The notes: generated by a model from the letters alone, not told the origin. Shown: positions 22,982-36,400, numbered from the stretch's first letter. The stretch is DNA of 42,491 bases from Raillietiella orientalis (GCA_036172245.1 JAYWIR010000120.1:62001-104491), one strand, 5' to 3'. Translations and numbers: made by a program.

Positions 22982-25900
22982 ATGCGGGGAATCGCGTCTT
23001 CTCGTCGTCTGTCCGTAACGTGTTGGAACGTGAACGGACTACAGAAAGAAGAGAAGGGGCGATTACTAGCCAACGCCCTGCGCCCCTTCGACCTCGTGCT
23101 CCTGCAGGAGATTCACGTAATCTCCCACGAGCAGGCAGCCGAAATCGAGGAGCGCGCAGGCGGAACGCTACTTTGGCGGTGCGGCGACCCACACACGTGC
23201 TGCCACGCGTTCCTCGTAAGAGGAAAAATGGCGGAAGCGGTACGTAGTGTTCGTTTTGACGACGACGGACGCGTGGGCCAACTTGTTGTCAAGTGGTCCG
23301 TGTCCATCGATCTTGTCGTAACGAATATCTACGCTCCGAGTGGCTCTCGCTACTTCGAAGAAAGAATTGCGCTCTCTGAGGAAGTGAAATGCCACTGGCT
23401 TAACAACTCCGGCTCCCAAGTGGCGCACCTCGTCGCAAGGGACTTCAACGTCCACCTGCTCTCTGACGATTGGAACTGCCCGAGGGAGCCACGTAGGCCA
23501 TCGAGATGTGCGCGTCAGTACTCCCTTTCAACTTGATGGTCGGCGTACCTGAGATGGAAAGGTCGCCGGATCACATCTTCCTTGATGAAAACCTGCACCC
23601 TCGTGTGGGAAGAATAGGAAGATTGTTGTCCGCTCTCTCTGACCATCACAGGTTGGAGTTCGAGCTCCTTCTTCCAGGCAAGGGGCCTCCGTTAAAGAAC
23701 TGGAGGATGCCGGCGGATTGGCTTAGCCATCCGGAGGCGGCGGATCATCTCCGTCAGCACCTCCGGACCTTCGTCATCCGCGAACTCGCGGACTGGGATC
23801 ATTTAAAGAGTTCAGTCCGCGAGTTCTGTGAACGTTTTTTCTTGCACCGGCTTCCACGAGGCTTTGGTGAAGGGGTCGCCAACAGCAGGACTTTCCTGCA
23901 GGCGCGCACCTTTTTGAGACGCGCGGATGTCAGCCGACTTGCGGAATACAGGGCGAGAGCCAAGCGCCAGGACTGGCAGTCAGGAGCATCTTCCCTGCTC
24001 GATGAAAAAGTCCTGGAATGCTCGGCACCAGCCGGTATTCGCCGAATAATAAAAAGTTATTACTCCTCGCTATACGCGGAAGCACCAACGGAAATTATCT
24101 TTTCGGAGATACTGCTTTTCCAGGTTGCTGCTGTAGTTAGCAAAGAGGAACGCTCACGTCTTGACGAGTCCTTCACGGAGGAGGAAATTTCCTCCGCAAT
24201 AGCGAAGCTCAAGAGACGAAAAGCGCCAGGCGAGGATGGGCTGCCTGCGGAGTTTCATCAGTGCTTAGCGGGGGAGCTCGTCCCCCTGGTGCATCGCCTC
24301 TCGTCGCTGATGAGGGTTTCGGGGGATGTCCCCAACTCCTTCCGCTCAGCGAGGGTGCGTCTCCTTCCGAAAGGTGGAGACGCACGCCATTTAAACAACT
24401 GACGTCCGGTCACTTTGGTGAACTCGGACGTCAAGTTGTTCTCCAAGATGTGGGTTGCGCGCCTACGGAGAATCGCGCCGTCCTTGGTGAGTCCGGTGCA
24501 GACTTACGCTGTTCCCGGGAGATCCATGGACGCGAACCTCCTGTTTCCACGCACCTGGATGCAGCTGCCGGAGCGCGTCGCGCAGCAAAGTCGATCCGTG
24601 ACAAATGCCACTGCTCAAGGCACACGGTATCGACAGAAGCGGCAAGAGGGTACGCCGGGTGCCTTGGCGGTCACAGTCGACCTCCACAAGGCGTTTGATT
24701 GCGTGAACCAAGCACTCCTATTGGAGCTCTTGGAACGCCTAGGTCTCCCGGCTCAACTCCTCAAGTGTTAGCGCGCATGCTGGCGCCACGCGCTAACTTG
24801 CATTTTTTTTAGCGGCTGCCACGTGTACGGTATTCCCGTGCGCAGTGGCATCAGGCAGGGTGACAGTTTTTGCCCGTTGCTCTTCAGCATCTTCTTTGAG
24901 TTGGTGCTGAGAGCGTACACGCTGACGTTGGAATTCCTGCCTAGCTTTTGCCCGGGAACGCCTGCCGTGGCTGCCTATGCAGATGACCTGCTTCTTCTGC
25001 TCCCCATGTCCACCCCGGCGTCCAGTGTCGAAGATTTCTTCGACCTGATTCGTCGGGAAGCGGGCGTGAGCGTGAACAGAGAGAAGAGCGTGGTCTTTCC
25101 TGAGGGTGCGTCGTAGGAGGGGCAGTCCGACTGGATCCGCCTAGGAATCCCCACGTCGGGGTACTTCAAGTACCTTAAGGTTCCGTTGGGCGACCTCGGC
25201 GCTGCCGAGGCGTGGTCGGACTGCCTTCATAAGGCCGAGTTGGCCGCCAGCCCGTTCATTAAAGGCAAGTTCAGCTTGCCGAAACGGGCAGCTATTTGGA
25301 ACACCTTCGTGGCCCCCCTCCTCGGACCACTCTTTTTTGAATTGGACCCCCCCTATGCGGCCAAAGAGCAAGCAAAACGCCCGTTTAGGAACGCTCTCTG
25401 TGGTCCGTCGCGATCCAGGATCCGCCTGAAAGACCTCACTGCTCCACGTCGGGATGCTGGGCTTGTCATCCTGACGATGGAGAGAATCGGACTGCAAGTG
25501 CAGTTCCGGATGCTCGCACTTTGTGCCGAGCTATGGACTTTCCCTCTGTGTGCTCCTGCGCGCATTCTCCTAAGGGAGTGTGCAGGCAGTGAAGAATTAC
25601 TTTCTTTGTTGCCTGGCTTGCGCCACAGGAAGCAAGGATTTCGCTATCCTTTGAGGAAAATCGCCACCCTATTGAAAGCCAGTACGTGGATTACCTGCCG
25701 CCCAATGAACTATAATGCTTGGAAGCAGGAATCAATTGATTCGTGGGCTGCATTCTTAGGAATGAGCCGTGAAGATCTTCGCCCCGTACGTCGATTCCAG
25801 CCTTGGTCACTCGAAGATGTCATGCATGACGAGGTGAAGCTTTCCTTCTTGGCCGCCACCCCCCTTGTCGAAGCACTGTCTGTTCTCGAGGCTCGAGATG

Positions 25901-26574
25901 ACAGTAGCCATCCGGCAAGGTGGGAGTTCTCCTGCACCATCGCAGGAAGAAAAAAACCAGTTGGCGAATGGACCACGAGCCAGCTTGCGGATGCCGCCAC
26001 TCCTCGTGCTACATCAAAGGGGTTTCTTCGGTGGGGAGAAGCTCTTGGTGTTGCCCCCGAGGAACTGATAGTCCATTTCTGCTGTTTGGACGGTTCGGTG
26101 TTTCCCCTTGCATGAATGCAAGATGTTTTGCTTTTTTTGCACTGGGAATTGCGCTACAACCAGCGGCGCCACCGAGTTTCCGGTTGGGTGGCTTCTCCCT
26201 ACTGTGCCCGGTGCGGAGCGACGGAGTCGTTACCGCACCTTATTATGGACTGCGGTGCCATCCAGGAACTGTGGAGGAGGCTAGCAGCAGCTCTTCCGTC
26301 ACCAGGAGACACCGCTCGAGAAGTGCTGCGACGGTTCTTCCAGACACAAGGACTTTCGATGGCTGCGACGATTTCCACTGTTGGTTGCATCCGCGCCATC
26401 GTCACGGTCCGAGACGTGCTGGAGAATACTGGACAGCAATGTTGTGTCACCAAGAAGGCAGCTGACTTCATAAGGTCGGCAACTGGGTGGCGACACTTAT
26501 ACGAGGACACAACGGAGGAGCTAACCGTTATCCACCGCCGGATCAGCAACGGCTTAGAACGACGAAATCAATGA
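22982..26574 (+). pseudogene. D ORF2, full span, few lesions
   Basis: WNVNG, LLQE, NIYAP, DFN, PDHIF, SDH, DLHKAFD, YADD, CARCGATESLPHLIMDC. Confidence 0.93.
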
Positions 26575-26770
26575 TCCGCCCTCATTTTATTTTCGACTGG
26601 TTTTTTTGTTCTCGCGTCCTTTGCCCGATACGCTCCGCAGTCCTTTTGGTGCTAGAACTTTTGAGTTTCTGGGTGAGTGCGGAGCAACACCAAAGTTCCC
26701 TGGAACACTCCTCCCATTCACAAATTTTTTTTTTTTGGACTCCCCTCAGTCGTCCATGTTCTTCCGTTTT

Positions 26771-26788
26771 CCTGGCCTGCGTGCCAGG
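26771..26788 (+). other. 3'UTR RNA hairpin with CUGCGU loop (representative)
   Basis: CCTGGC-CTGCGT-GCCAGG; equivalents with different stems in other lineages. Confidence 0.72.
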
Positions 26789-26885
26789 GGTGAATCTCCG
26801 ATGCATGTTTTCAGAGTTGAGAGCTCGAAACAATTGTTTTCAGCTCGTTTATGTCAATAGACGTCCCAAAGTGACCGGGTGAAAA

Positions 26886-26901
26886 ATTTCAACGTTCGCC
26901 T
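26886..26901 (+). repeat. 16-bp TSD, right copy
   Basis: Exact match to 15309-15324. Confidence 0.92.
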
Positions 26902-27880
26902 GAAACCAGATGGGCAGAATCCCGAGCGTGACCTGGTCAACTAGGTGTGCATGAGGGTGCAAAGCTGAAATTTGTTGGTCAGTGCACCGGGAATGGAAGA
27001 CAGCATCAACCACGTGTTTCTTGACGATCACCTGTGCCCTCGCGTGGGCAGACGCGGCAAGTTACCGTGCGAGCTCTCCGACCATCGCCCGATAGTCCTC
27101 GACATCGATCCGCGCGACAAGTGCCCCCCTCGTCAGCGTGGCGTCTCTCAGGGGACTTAATGAAGCACTTAGACGCGGCAGAACATCTCCGCACGCTCAT
27201 ACGGAGCTTTAGGCTGCGGACACTCCAGGATTGGGACCGCTTCAAGCGGTCGGTCCAGGAGTTCTGCGACCAGTTCCCTATGCACCGCCTACCTACGGGT
27301 TTTAAGACCGGAATCCGTAACGAACGAGCCTATCTGCAGGCCCGTCGTTACGCCAGGATCTGTGACATCCGCAGGCTGGCAGAATTCAAAGCGGGAGCCG
27401 AGAGGCAAGCCTGGCAGTCCGGATCGGCCAGCTTGCTGGACGATCAGGGCCAGGAGCACTCGGCAACCCCCCAAATCCGCGGCCTGCTGCGGAGTTACTA
27501 CTCCTCCCTGTATGCCACTGCACCTCCGGAGAGGAACGTTTCACGACTCCTGCTTTCGGAAGGCACTCCAGCAAACGAAAAGGAGGAAAGAAAGACCCTC
27601 GACGAGCCTTTCACGATGAACGAGATCCTCTCGGCCATCGAAAAAGCTCAAGAGTCGCAAGGCTCCAGGGGAGGACGGCCTGCCCGCGAAGTTTTACATA
27701 ACTTTCGCGGCTGAGCTTACCACCTGGTACAGCAACTCACCTTGCTGATAAGCGAGAGAGTTGACGTTTTCGCCTCGTTTCTTTCGGCAAAGGTGCGGCC
27801 TTTCCCTAAGGGAGAAGATCTGAGGAGCATGAACAACTGGCGTCCCATCACAGTAGTGAATGAGGATGCCAAGTTGCTTG
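26886..27880 (+). mobile_element. B2b: continuation of host B2 ORF2 to NEDAKLL
   Basis: Collinear with B1/B3 ORF2. Confidence 0.9.
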
Positions 27881-29299
27881 TTGCCACCCGGTCACGCAGG
27901 GGCGTTTATTACAAATTCTCTATGATTCGTGGTAAGAGGCTCCACTACGGCCAACTTGACTGGACCTGCCGGGTCGCCGGTACGAAGACAGGCGCGACTC
28001 TCCTCGGCAGAGGAAGGGGGTGGGGAAAAAACAAAGAGATTTGGGAGAGTTGGGCAGTGATCACTGAACACTAAAAGAAGGGTCCATCCTTTGCAGGATG
28101 CCCTCGAGGTCCGTCCGTATGGTTCCCAGGTGGGGCCATCTGGTCGCAATCCTCAGGTAACGGACTCCAAGTACGACGGCATCCTAGTCGTGCTCGGTCT
28201 GACGTCGCTCAAGCACGTCACAATCCCGCATACGCAGCAAAGTGCAGCCAGGGCAGCGGCGGGATGCAGGTCATCCTGCACGAACAGAAGTCGAAAAACG
28301 TCTCTGGGCTGGATGCCCTCCTGGATCCGTAGGGAGGTACGAAGACGTTCCCACAGGGGTCGGAGGGCAGCACAATCAACAAGGTGTAGAAGGGTTTCCC
28401 GTTCCCTACACCTCATGCAGGTAGGATCTATTCGACCCCTGGTCCAGTAGTGGATGCGTGCGTAGCAGGGTAGATCCCAATGCAACAACAAGAACGCCTA
28501 CTCCTGCCATTTCAGGGGGAGGATCCTAGAACCAATTAATACCGAAGGCCACTTCAGGTCAGCCAGCTAAATGCCGAGTAGCTCGCCCCATCTCTGAAGT
28601 CCTCTCGGCTGGAAACTAGGGGTAGTGGATTCCGCCAGTTCCTTCGTGGACCAGCCGCTTATCAACTTCTCTTTGCCTGCGATGCAACAGGAGACTTGCC
28701 ACCTAGGCTTGCGGCTGCTGGAGAGCGCCCTCATCAGGAAGGGCATCGCCGTAGCAAGAGGGGTTGTCTCTGCTCACGTGCTTCTCGCGGGACACTGGAG
28801 TATCTTCCGCAGAGTGCAGTGGGAATCGGCGCCGCGTCGCAGGCAGTTCCACATTTCTTCATTTCTTTCATTAGTCTTCGCCCACGTGCCAGCTGTCTCC
28901 TCCAGCCATGCGGAGGAGTTGGCGGGGCTGCGTACCATCCAGCCGTTTTCCTTAGCCAGAGTTGCCATGCGTCCCAAAAGATGTCCGCATCTCTTGATGT
29001 TCGAGCCACGGCACAGAAGATAGGACGCGAGACCCTCCGTCCAGGATACACGGCTGGCAAGGAGTCGGGCCGCAACGCACCAAGGGATGCTCCATAACTT
29101 CGCTGCGATGGCGAGGGTTCGCCATCGCAGCCTAGTATCCTAGCGGGAGCCGAGTGCTTCCGGCCCTGGCTGTCAAGCAAGCTGGCCGACACGGATTGCC
29201 AGGCTTGATGTTCGGCCAAGGCTCGGTACTCTGTCAGGCGACGGACATTGGGGTTCCTCGCGTAACGACGGGCATACAACTACGCTCTTTCGTTACGGA
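27881..29299 (-). mobile_element. C': C-like element with RT deleted
   Basis: RNERA..HSAPARIL fused near 29132 to LRWRTLAIAAK; CMRCRERETL finger; 3' motif 27910-27881. Confidence 0.85.
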
Positions 29300-31333
29300 A
29301 GGACGTGTTTTTACTTAGATCCCAAGTGAGTCGACAGGAAGCGGTTTTTTCTGTGTGTTTTTTTGTGTGGAACATCGTTGGTGTCCGATGGCAGCGATGC
29401 CTGACGACACCACGATGTAGGTAGGTGTGAGGGAGGCTTGCCCATCCCCAGAGCCTACAGAAACAGGGTCGTCCGCCCCGAAATCGTTCTCGCCGCTCAA
29501 GGCAAGGAGCTGGAGCGCCATGGTGGCCGCGCCGAGCGCAGAAACCATGGCCGAGATAACAGCCTACCGGGCAGCTGGGTACAAGCCCATTCTGGCATAC
29601 CAGGTAGACAATCTCTTTGACGGGCGAACTGCACGCGCTTTTTCGAAGGCGCTGCAGAACGCCAACGTATTAGAGAAGGATCTTGACGGTCTATCCGTGC
29701 TCAGCGGGGGTCAGCGCGTCGAGGTTGTCTGCAAGGACATCACCTTGGCGCAAAGCTTGATTACTACCCCGCTGAACGTGGGCGGACGCAAGATCCTGCC
29801 AGTCACGATGGACCGCTCCGTAGTGGTACATCTGACAGGGATCACCAGCCGCATGACGCGATCTGCGTTTGATGATAAGCTGAAAAAATACGGAGAAGTT
29901 CACGCGTTATGGCCAAAGGCCACAATCTTTTATGGCTACTGTAGCCTTTTCGGAGGGCAGGCCGCCGCGCGTGTGACGGTGAAGAAGGATAGTGGGATTT
30001 TCCACAAACTAGAGGTCAATGACGAAGTCGTAGACTTTTGGTACGTGGGGAAACCCCGCATTTGTGGCTACTGCAATCCAGTAGGACACTTGTGCAAGCG
30101 GTGCCCGAACATTGTGTGCCACTTATGCGGGGAGAAGGGCCACGTGCGCCGCGTATGCCCTAAACGCCCCACTCCGGTGCCACCTGCCGCAAAAAAAGCG
30201 CAGGCAAAACGCGGAAAATTGGTCGAAACACCAAAGGGAGATACTGGCTGGCAGCAGCCGCTAGCCCCCGTTCCTCAGACACAGGCGTCGGAAGAAAAAC
30301 CTTCCGAAGACGCGGGAGTCCAGGACGGCTGGCAGCTGGTTAAGGCCAGGAAGGAGAAAAAGGTGTCCCCAGCGGAACCCGCGAAAGCGGTCAAAAAGAC
30401 AGTCGGCAAGGCGGAAAAACCTGGGCCGCTCTCCAAAACCATGCGGGAATGTACAATGGCACTGGAACGCATAGCCGTTTCCGAGACTGCCACCCGGGAC
30501 GACGAGCCTCCTCTCGCCGTTTCCGCCGCGCCCGAGGTTCGCGACGGCGAACCCTCTGTTTAAACAGAGGGTGAGCCGCGCGAAATAGCGACGGTCGAAG
30601 TCGAGGACGCCGCGTTCGCGCCGGCGGCGGAGGAGCTCGCGGCCACGCCGGCCGAGCGTGAGAACCACTCGCGCAAGGCCGTGCGAAGGCCGTCTTCCGC
30701 AAAATCGGTTCCTAAAGGTGAGTTGGACCTGGGGGACGGAAGTACATCCTCCTCCTCGGAGGCACCCCGCAGGAAGTCGAAACGCAAGTCTCAGAAGCCC
30801 AGGAGGCGCCTTCCCTCCACCAGCGAGTAGAAGCAGGAAGGTAGCGGAAGCGTGGGAATCCAGGAAAGGGAACTCCCACGCTCGAAAGCCGTCGAGTCGG
30901 CCACCCCGCTGGAAAAGGGTGAGCAGGAAAGCGAAGTCCTCCCTGCAGTCGCGGAGCCTGAACAGCCCGCCTCCATGGAGGAGGGCCAATAGGTAGGCGC
31001 GAACCCACCTGAGGTTTACCCGCTCGAGGGGCCGTTACCCATGGAGGAGGAAGACCAGGTGCACGCAACGCCTGACCCTCCTCCTCCACCTAGCTTCCCG
31101 CCCCATTAGGTGGCGGACGCCGCATCGACATCTTTCCAGGAGTAACACCGGTGCTCGCCAGTCGCCGTCGGATTCGCGCCGCCTGTTCGAACGACAACGG
31201 GATGCGCGACGACGGTAACAGGCGAGATACGGCCGACACCCTGCGTAAGCTTGACCTGGCCCTGCTGCAGGAGATCCACGTGATCACCGCGGCAGACGCA
31301 CAGGAGATCAAGACGATCGCGGGGGGTCGGTTG
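29300..31333 (+). mobile_element. F: 5'UTR, ORF1 (about 29388-31145), start of APE
   Basis: GGACGTGTTTT 29301; CGYCNPVGHLCKRC and CHLCGEKGHVRRVC; LALLQEIH...AGGRL; 5' junction between 29290 and 29300. Confidence 0.88.
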
Positions 31334-33415
31334 TTTGTCACCCGGGTGCGCCGAAGCGTTTATTACAAACTATCCGGGAACAGAGTTCCCGGACAAAGGG
31401 GAAAACGAGATACGAAGGAAGTGGGATTCCCGACAGGCAGGTCGATATGCTGAAAGTCCGGAACGGGAGGGATGGGACCACAAATACACTACTATAAAAA
31501 ATAAAAATAAAAATATGGAGGGCAGATGATAGGAGTCTTTGGTGAGTCCGTTCCTTCCTTTCAAAACCGGTGATGGATGCCAGCGATCTCTCTCCTTACG
31601 TCCTGTGGAAGATGGGCCCACTCGGCAGCCGACGACATGCTTGCGCTGGCTAATCCGGTGGGATGACGAACGATGGCCAGCCTCTCCAACTCTCAATGGG
31701 CCTTGTCGATGGCGCGAATGCAACACACGGTTGCAACGACAGCACCCGAAGACTGACGTGAAGAAGCGGCGCATCAATTCCCTCTCGGTGTCCCCCTGGT
31801 GCAAGAGAGCTGAGGCCAGCCTCCGCCAAAGTCTTTGGAGGGCACCGCAGTCCAAAAGCAGGTGCGGGAGCGTTTCCACTTCCCCGCACCGCTTACAGTT
31901 TGGTGAGACGACTCCCCCGGAAACACGGTTCTTCCGCTGGTTGAAGTGACAACCCCAATGCACCAGCATGATGACGTCCTGCTTCCACGAAAGGGAGAAC
32001 ACAGTAGTGTTCAAACAGGAGGGAAGGACCACAAGTTCTTCGGGGGGCTCACGCAAGTGTTCGCTCCATCGAAGGAGTCCCTTCGAGATGTGGCGAGGCG
32101 TGGCGGCGTCTGCCAGCTCGCGAGTCCTCCAGCCGCCAATAGGTCGTGTTGTTCCTGCAATGGTGCAGGCGACCTCCCATCTCGCTGGTTCGCAGCTGTC
32201 ATCTCTTGCCCTGAAGGCTGACAGTGCGTCGGCGAGGGGGGTGAGAGCCAGGCCGGTCCACTTCTCCTGGCTGCTTCAGACCTCATCCACCGTGCAGTAC
32301 GGGGAGAGGTGAACGCAACGGAGTTCCAGGAAAGAAACATCCTGGTGCTTTGCCCAGCCATACAACGGTTCCTGCCGCCAGGCTTGAAAGTTCGTTGGGC
32401 GGCAGAGGATCCATTCCTGGGCTGCCAGGAGCAGGTAGAGGGGTTTCAACGGGAAACCGAAACTTGTCGTGGGGTGCTCCGTGTGCGGACGCAGCGACAG
32501 AAGTCCATCGCTGCCTGTGCAGCGCCGCAGAAGCAGGCGCGCGGGAGCGCACCACGGAGTGGACCAAAGGTTGGCGCACAGGGCCAACATCCGAAGCTGC
32601 ACCTGCAGCTCGATTCTCTATAGCGTCAGGATGCCTAAGCCAGCATCCGGACGCGGAGCCGCCAAGTCTTTCGGGCGGATCTTGGACCTTGCAGGACCCC
32701 ACAGAGCGTTCCTCAACAGGATATGCGCTTGGAGCTTCGCCGAGTAGGAAGGCGGGCAAACATAAAACAGGTGGTGCAAGAGGGGCGCTACGAAGGTGTT
32801 CCATATCGCAACCCGCTCCAACAGGAGGAACCTGCCATGCTGGAACGGGCTCAGCGCACTCGTAGCCTTCCGAAGGCAGTCCGACCACACTTCCACTGGG
32901 CTGATGTTCTCTAGCGGAACTCCCAGATATTAAGTGGACGAAGCGGCCGGGATCCCCAGGCGGATCCAGTCGGACTGCCCCTTCCACGCCGCAGCAATAG
33001 GTACGACCACGCTCTTGCTCCTGTTTACGCTCATTCCGGCTCCCTAACTGATCAGCTCGAAAAAATCCTCGAGACTGGACGCCGGGGTGGTCATGGGTAA
33101 CAGGAGAAGCAGGTCGTCAGCATAGGCCACCACGGAGGGCGTTCCAGAACAAAGGCTCGACAGGTTGGCCAGCGTCAGCCTGTACGCACTCAGCAACAAC
33201 TGAAACAAGATCCTGAAAAGCAACGGGCTTAAACTGTCGCCCTGCCTGATGCCTTGCCGCACCGGCACGCCGTACACGTGGCAGCCGCTGAAAGAGATGG
33301 AAATAAGCGCGTGGCGCCAGCAAGCGCGCAAATACGCCACGAGGTGCACCGAGAGACCGGGGCGCTCCAGCAGCTCCAGCAGGAGATCCTCATTTACGCA
33401 GTGGACCGCCTTTCG
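31334..33415 (-). mobile_element. H: 3' half of a LINE (RT from RKAVH, a decayed KAFD, to 3' end)
   Basis: RQGDSLSP, YADD, CKRCGEVETLPHLLLDC, AATAAA 31364-31359. Confidence 0.9.
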
Positions 33416-36400
33416 TGCTCCAGGGTGGCCGTGTTTTCTCGGTGCTCCTCGTGCCAGGAAGTCTCCCCCAGTGCAAGCCACGTGTGGTTCGGTGATCGAT
33501 CAGCAGCGATGCCTGACGCGACCACCAGGGATGGCCAGGGGGCAACGGAAACGCCGCCCCCAGAGGCGATGGAGATGGGGGCATCCGCCCCCACAGAATC
33601 GGTCCCCGCTGCAGCGCGGGCGTGAAGCACCGTTGTGTCGGCCCCATCGCTTACAGCGGCGGCGGAATTGTCGGGCAATGTAGAGGAGGAATACAACCAC
33701 TCATTGTTCTACAAGGTAGGCAATTTATATTCTTTAGAGTGCGCGCGCGACTTCTCGAAGGGCATGAGCGCTCTCGATGTGAAAGAGGAGGAGCTCAGCG
33801 CTATGACCATCCGCAGCGGGGGTCAGTACGTTGAGGTCATCTGCAAACAAGCAGAGCTGGTTCAACGACTGCTTAAAACCCCCGTGGTGATCAGGACGCG
33901 CAGGTTCCTCCCTATTAAGGCGGACCGCAGCATGATGGTCCACCTGTTAGGTGTTAACGCGCGGATGCGCAAGGAACAGGTTCGCGCCGCGTTGGAAAAA
34001 TACGGAACGGTTCACGCGCAGTGGGAGAAAGTAAATCCCTCCGAGGACTACACGGGGCTGCAACACGACCTCACGCCTGCGCGCGTGACCGTTCGGGAGG
34101 GCTGCACTCTTAACCACAAACTGGTGATCGAAGGCGAAACCGTCGACCTCTGGTATGTGGGGAAGCCGAAATACTGTGGCTTCTGCAATACGTCGAACCA
34201 CCTCAAAAAGAGGTGTCCCAATGTGCAGTGCCAAGTATGCGCCACAATGGGTCACATGAGGGAGGTGTGCCCAAAAGAAGCAGTGCGGATGGTTTCCAAC
34301 AGAAACCTTAAAAAACGTGCCCGGCTACTGCAGAAAAGGCTGGCGGCGAAAGCTGCCGCGAAGGCTGTGCCACCCGCGCTTAAGGCCCAGGCCGCACCCG
34401 AGACCCCGGCGAACAACGCCGAACAAGTCGAAAGAACTAGCCAGGAGCCTGGGTGGCAGGTGGCTACGGCCAAATAATCAAAGAAGGAGAGCAGGATAGA
34501 AAAAAAAATCGCCTACCATAGAAGAAGAAAGAGCAGGGTAACGCGATAATTAAAGAGTGCAGCGTCGTCCTCGAACGCGTTCTCGATGTTGCCGAACGCT
34601 GCCAGAAAGAACTCGCCGCTACCGACGACAAATCCTCTGTTGACTCTGTCAACAGCGAGGGAAGCGAGCCGGCGGCGGCGTCCGTCATCGACACCACCAT
34701 CGATAACGTAGCCTTCGCGAGAGCCGCGTAGGAGCTGGCAGCCTCGTTGCAGCCAGAACCCTCCAAGGCTGGGAAGAAAGCCGTAAGGCATCCTGCCTCC
34801 CCACAGGAATCACCCACTTTCGACCCCGAGGTGGATGCCGGAAGCGCAGCCTCCGTTTCCACGGCAACGCGCAAGAAGGCAGGACGTAAGTCCACAAAGT
34901 CAAGAAAGCTCGTCTCCCCCGTCGAAGGGGAAGAGATGGCTTCCGCAAGCGAGGGTACCATGAGCGTAAGAAACTCTCGGGACCCGTCGCTCGAGAGACT
35001 CCCACGAGCGGACACAAAGAGGATGGAGGAGGTGGAGGCCGAACAGGTGCCTCAGGTGCGTTAGAAAGTCGAAATCCCCGTGGATATCCCGCCCGCCTCG
35101 CAAGAAGCGGGCTTTCCTACACCTTGATCTTCCCAGCAGTAATCCCGGGAATCTCCTTCCGCCGACGTTTGCGCATCGCCGTTGGAACGTGAACGGCATG
35201 ACAGACGCCGGCAAGAGACGAGACATGGCCGCACTTCTGAAGCCCTACGACCTTGCGCTGCTGTAGGAGATCCACGTAATCTTCGCAGAACAAGCGCAAG
35301 AGATCGAACGGATCTCCGGAGAGCGGCTATGGTACAGGTGTGGGAGACCGAAAAGTTGCGGTGTCGCCTTCTTGCTTCGGGAGTCTGTCGAGGCCGCGGC
35401 TCGGGGCACGCGGTTCGAAAATCAAGGTCGTGTCGGCCAGCTGACTCTCACATGGTCCGACTCGATCGATCTGATCGTCACGAAAGTGTGCGCACCGAGC
35501 GGCTCGGACCTGATGACCTGGAGGGCGAGGAAAGAGTTTTTCCTTTTCCTCCGGCGAGACTGGCTGACCGAAGCAGCCGTGAGGAATGCCCATCTGGTTG
35601 CAGGCGATTCCAGCGTTCGCCTGAAACCAGATCGGCAGAATCCCGAGCGTGACCTGGTCAACGAGGTGTGCATGACGGTGCACACCTGTAATTTTTTCGC
35701 CAGTGCACCGGGGATGGTAGACAGCATTGACCACGTGTTTCTTGACGAGCACCTGTGCCCTCGCGTGGGCAGGCGCGGCAAGTTACTGTGCGAGCTTTCC
35801 GACCATCGCCCGCTAGTCCTCGAGATCCATCCCCGCGACAGGGGCCCCACATCGTCAGCCTGGCCTCTCCCAGGGGACTGGCTGGAGCTCCCGGACGCGG
35901 TGGAACATCTCCGCACTTTCATAGGGAGCATCAAGCTTGGGACACTCCAGGAGTCGGACCGCTCCAAGCGGTCGGTCCAGGAGTTCTGCGACCAGTTCCC
36001 TCTGCACCGCCTACCTACGGGTTTTGGGACCGAAGTCCGTAACGAACGAGCCTACCTGCAGGCCCATCGTTGCGTCAGGACCCGCGACATCCGCAGGCTG
36101 GCGGAATACAAAGCGGGAGCAGAGAGGCAAGCTTGGCAGTCCGGATCGGCCAGCTTGCTGGCCGATCAGGGCCAGAAGCACTCGACACCCGCCCAAATGC
36201 GCGGCCTGCTGCGGAGTTACTACTCCTCCATGTATGCCAGGGCACCTCTGGAGAGCAACGTCTCACGACTCTTGCTTCCGGAAGGCGCTCCAGCGATCGG
36301 GAAGGAGGAGAGAAAGACCTTCGACGAGCCATTCACGATGAACGAGATCGTCTCGGCCATCGGAAAGCTCAAGTGTCGCAAGGCCTTAGGGGAGGACGAA

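Larger units (their letters stand above)
22221..26885 (+). mobile_element. D 3' part: ORF1 tail, ORF2, 3'UTR
   Basis: ORF1 tail homologous to G; TAATG 22980-22984; 3' hairpins; followed by the TSD. Confidence 0.9.

Noticed and set aside
15015..31333. G 5' and H 3' junctions as one shared target
   Set aside because: They are about 35 nt apart on the APE alignment, too far for a 16-bp TSD; treated as neighbouring sites
438..33625. TGA at conserved Trp positions suggesting TGA=Trp recoding
   Set aside because: Paralogous copies have TGG, and TAG stops (25116, about 12275) and frameshifts also occur, so this is ordinary decay
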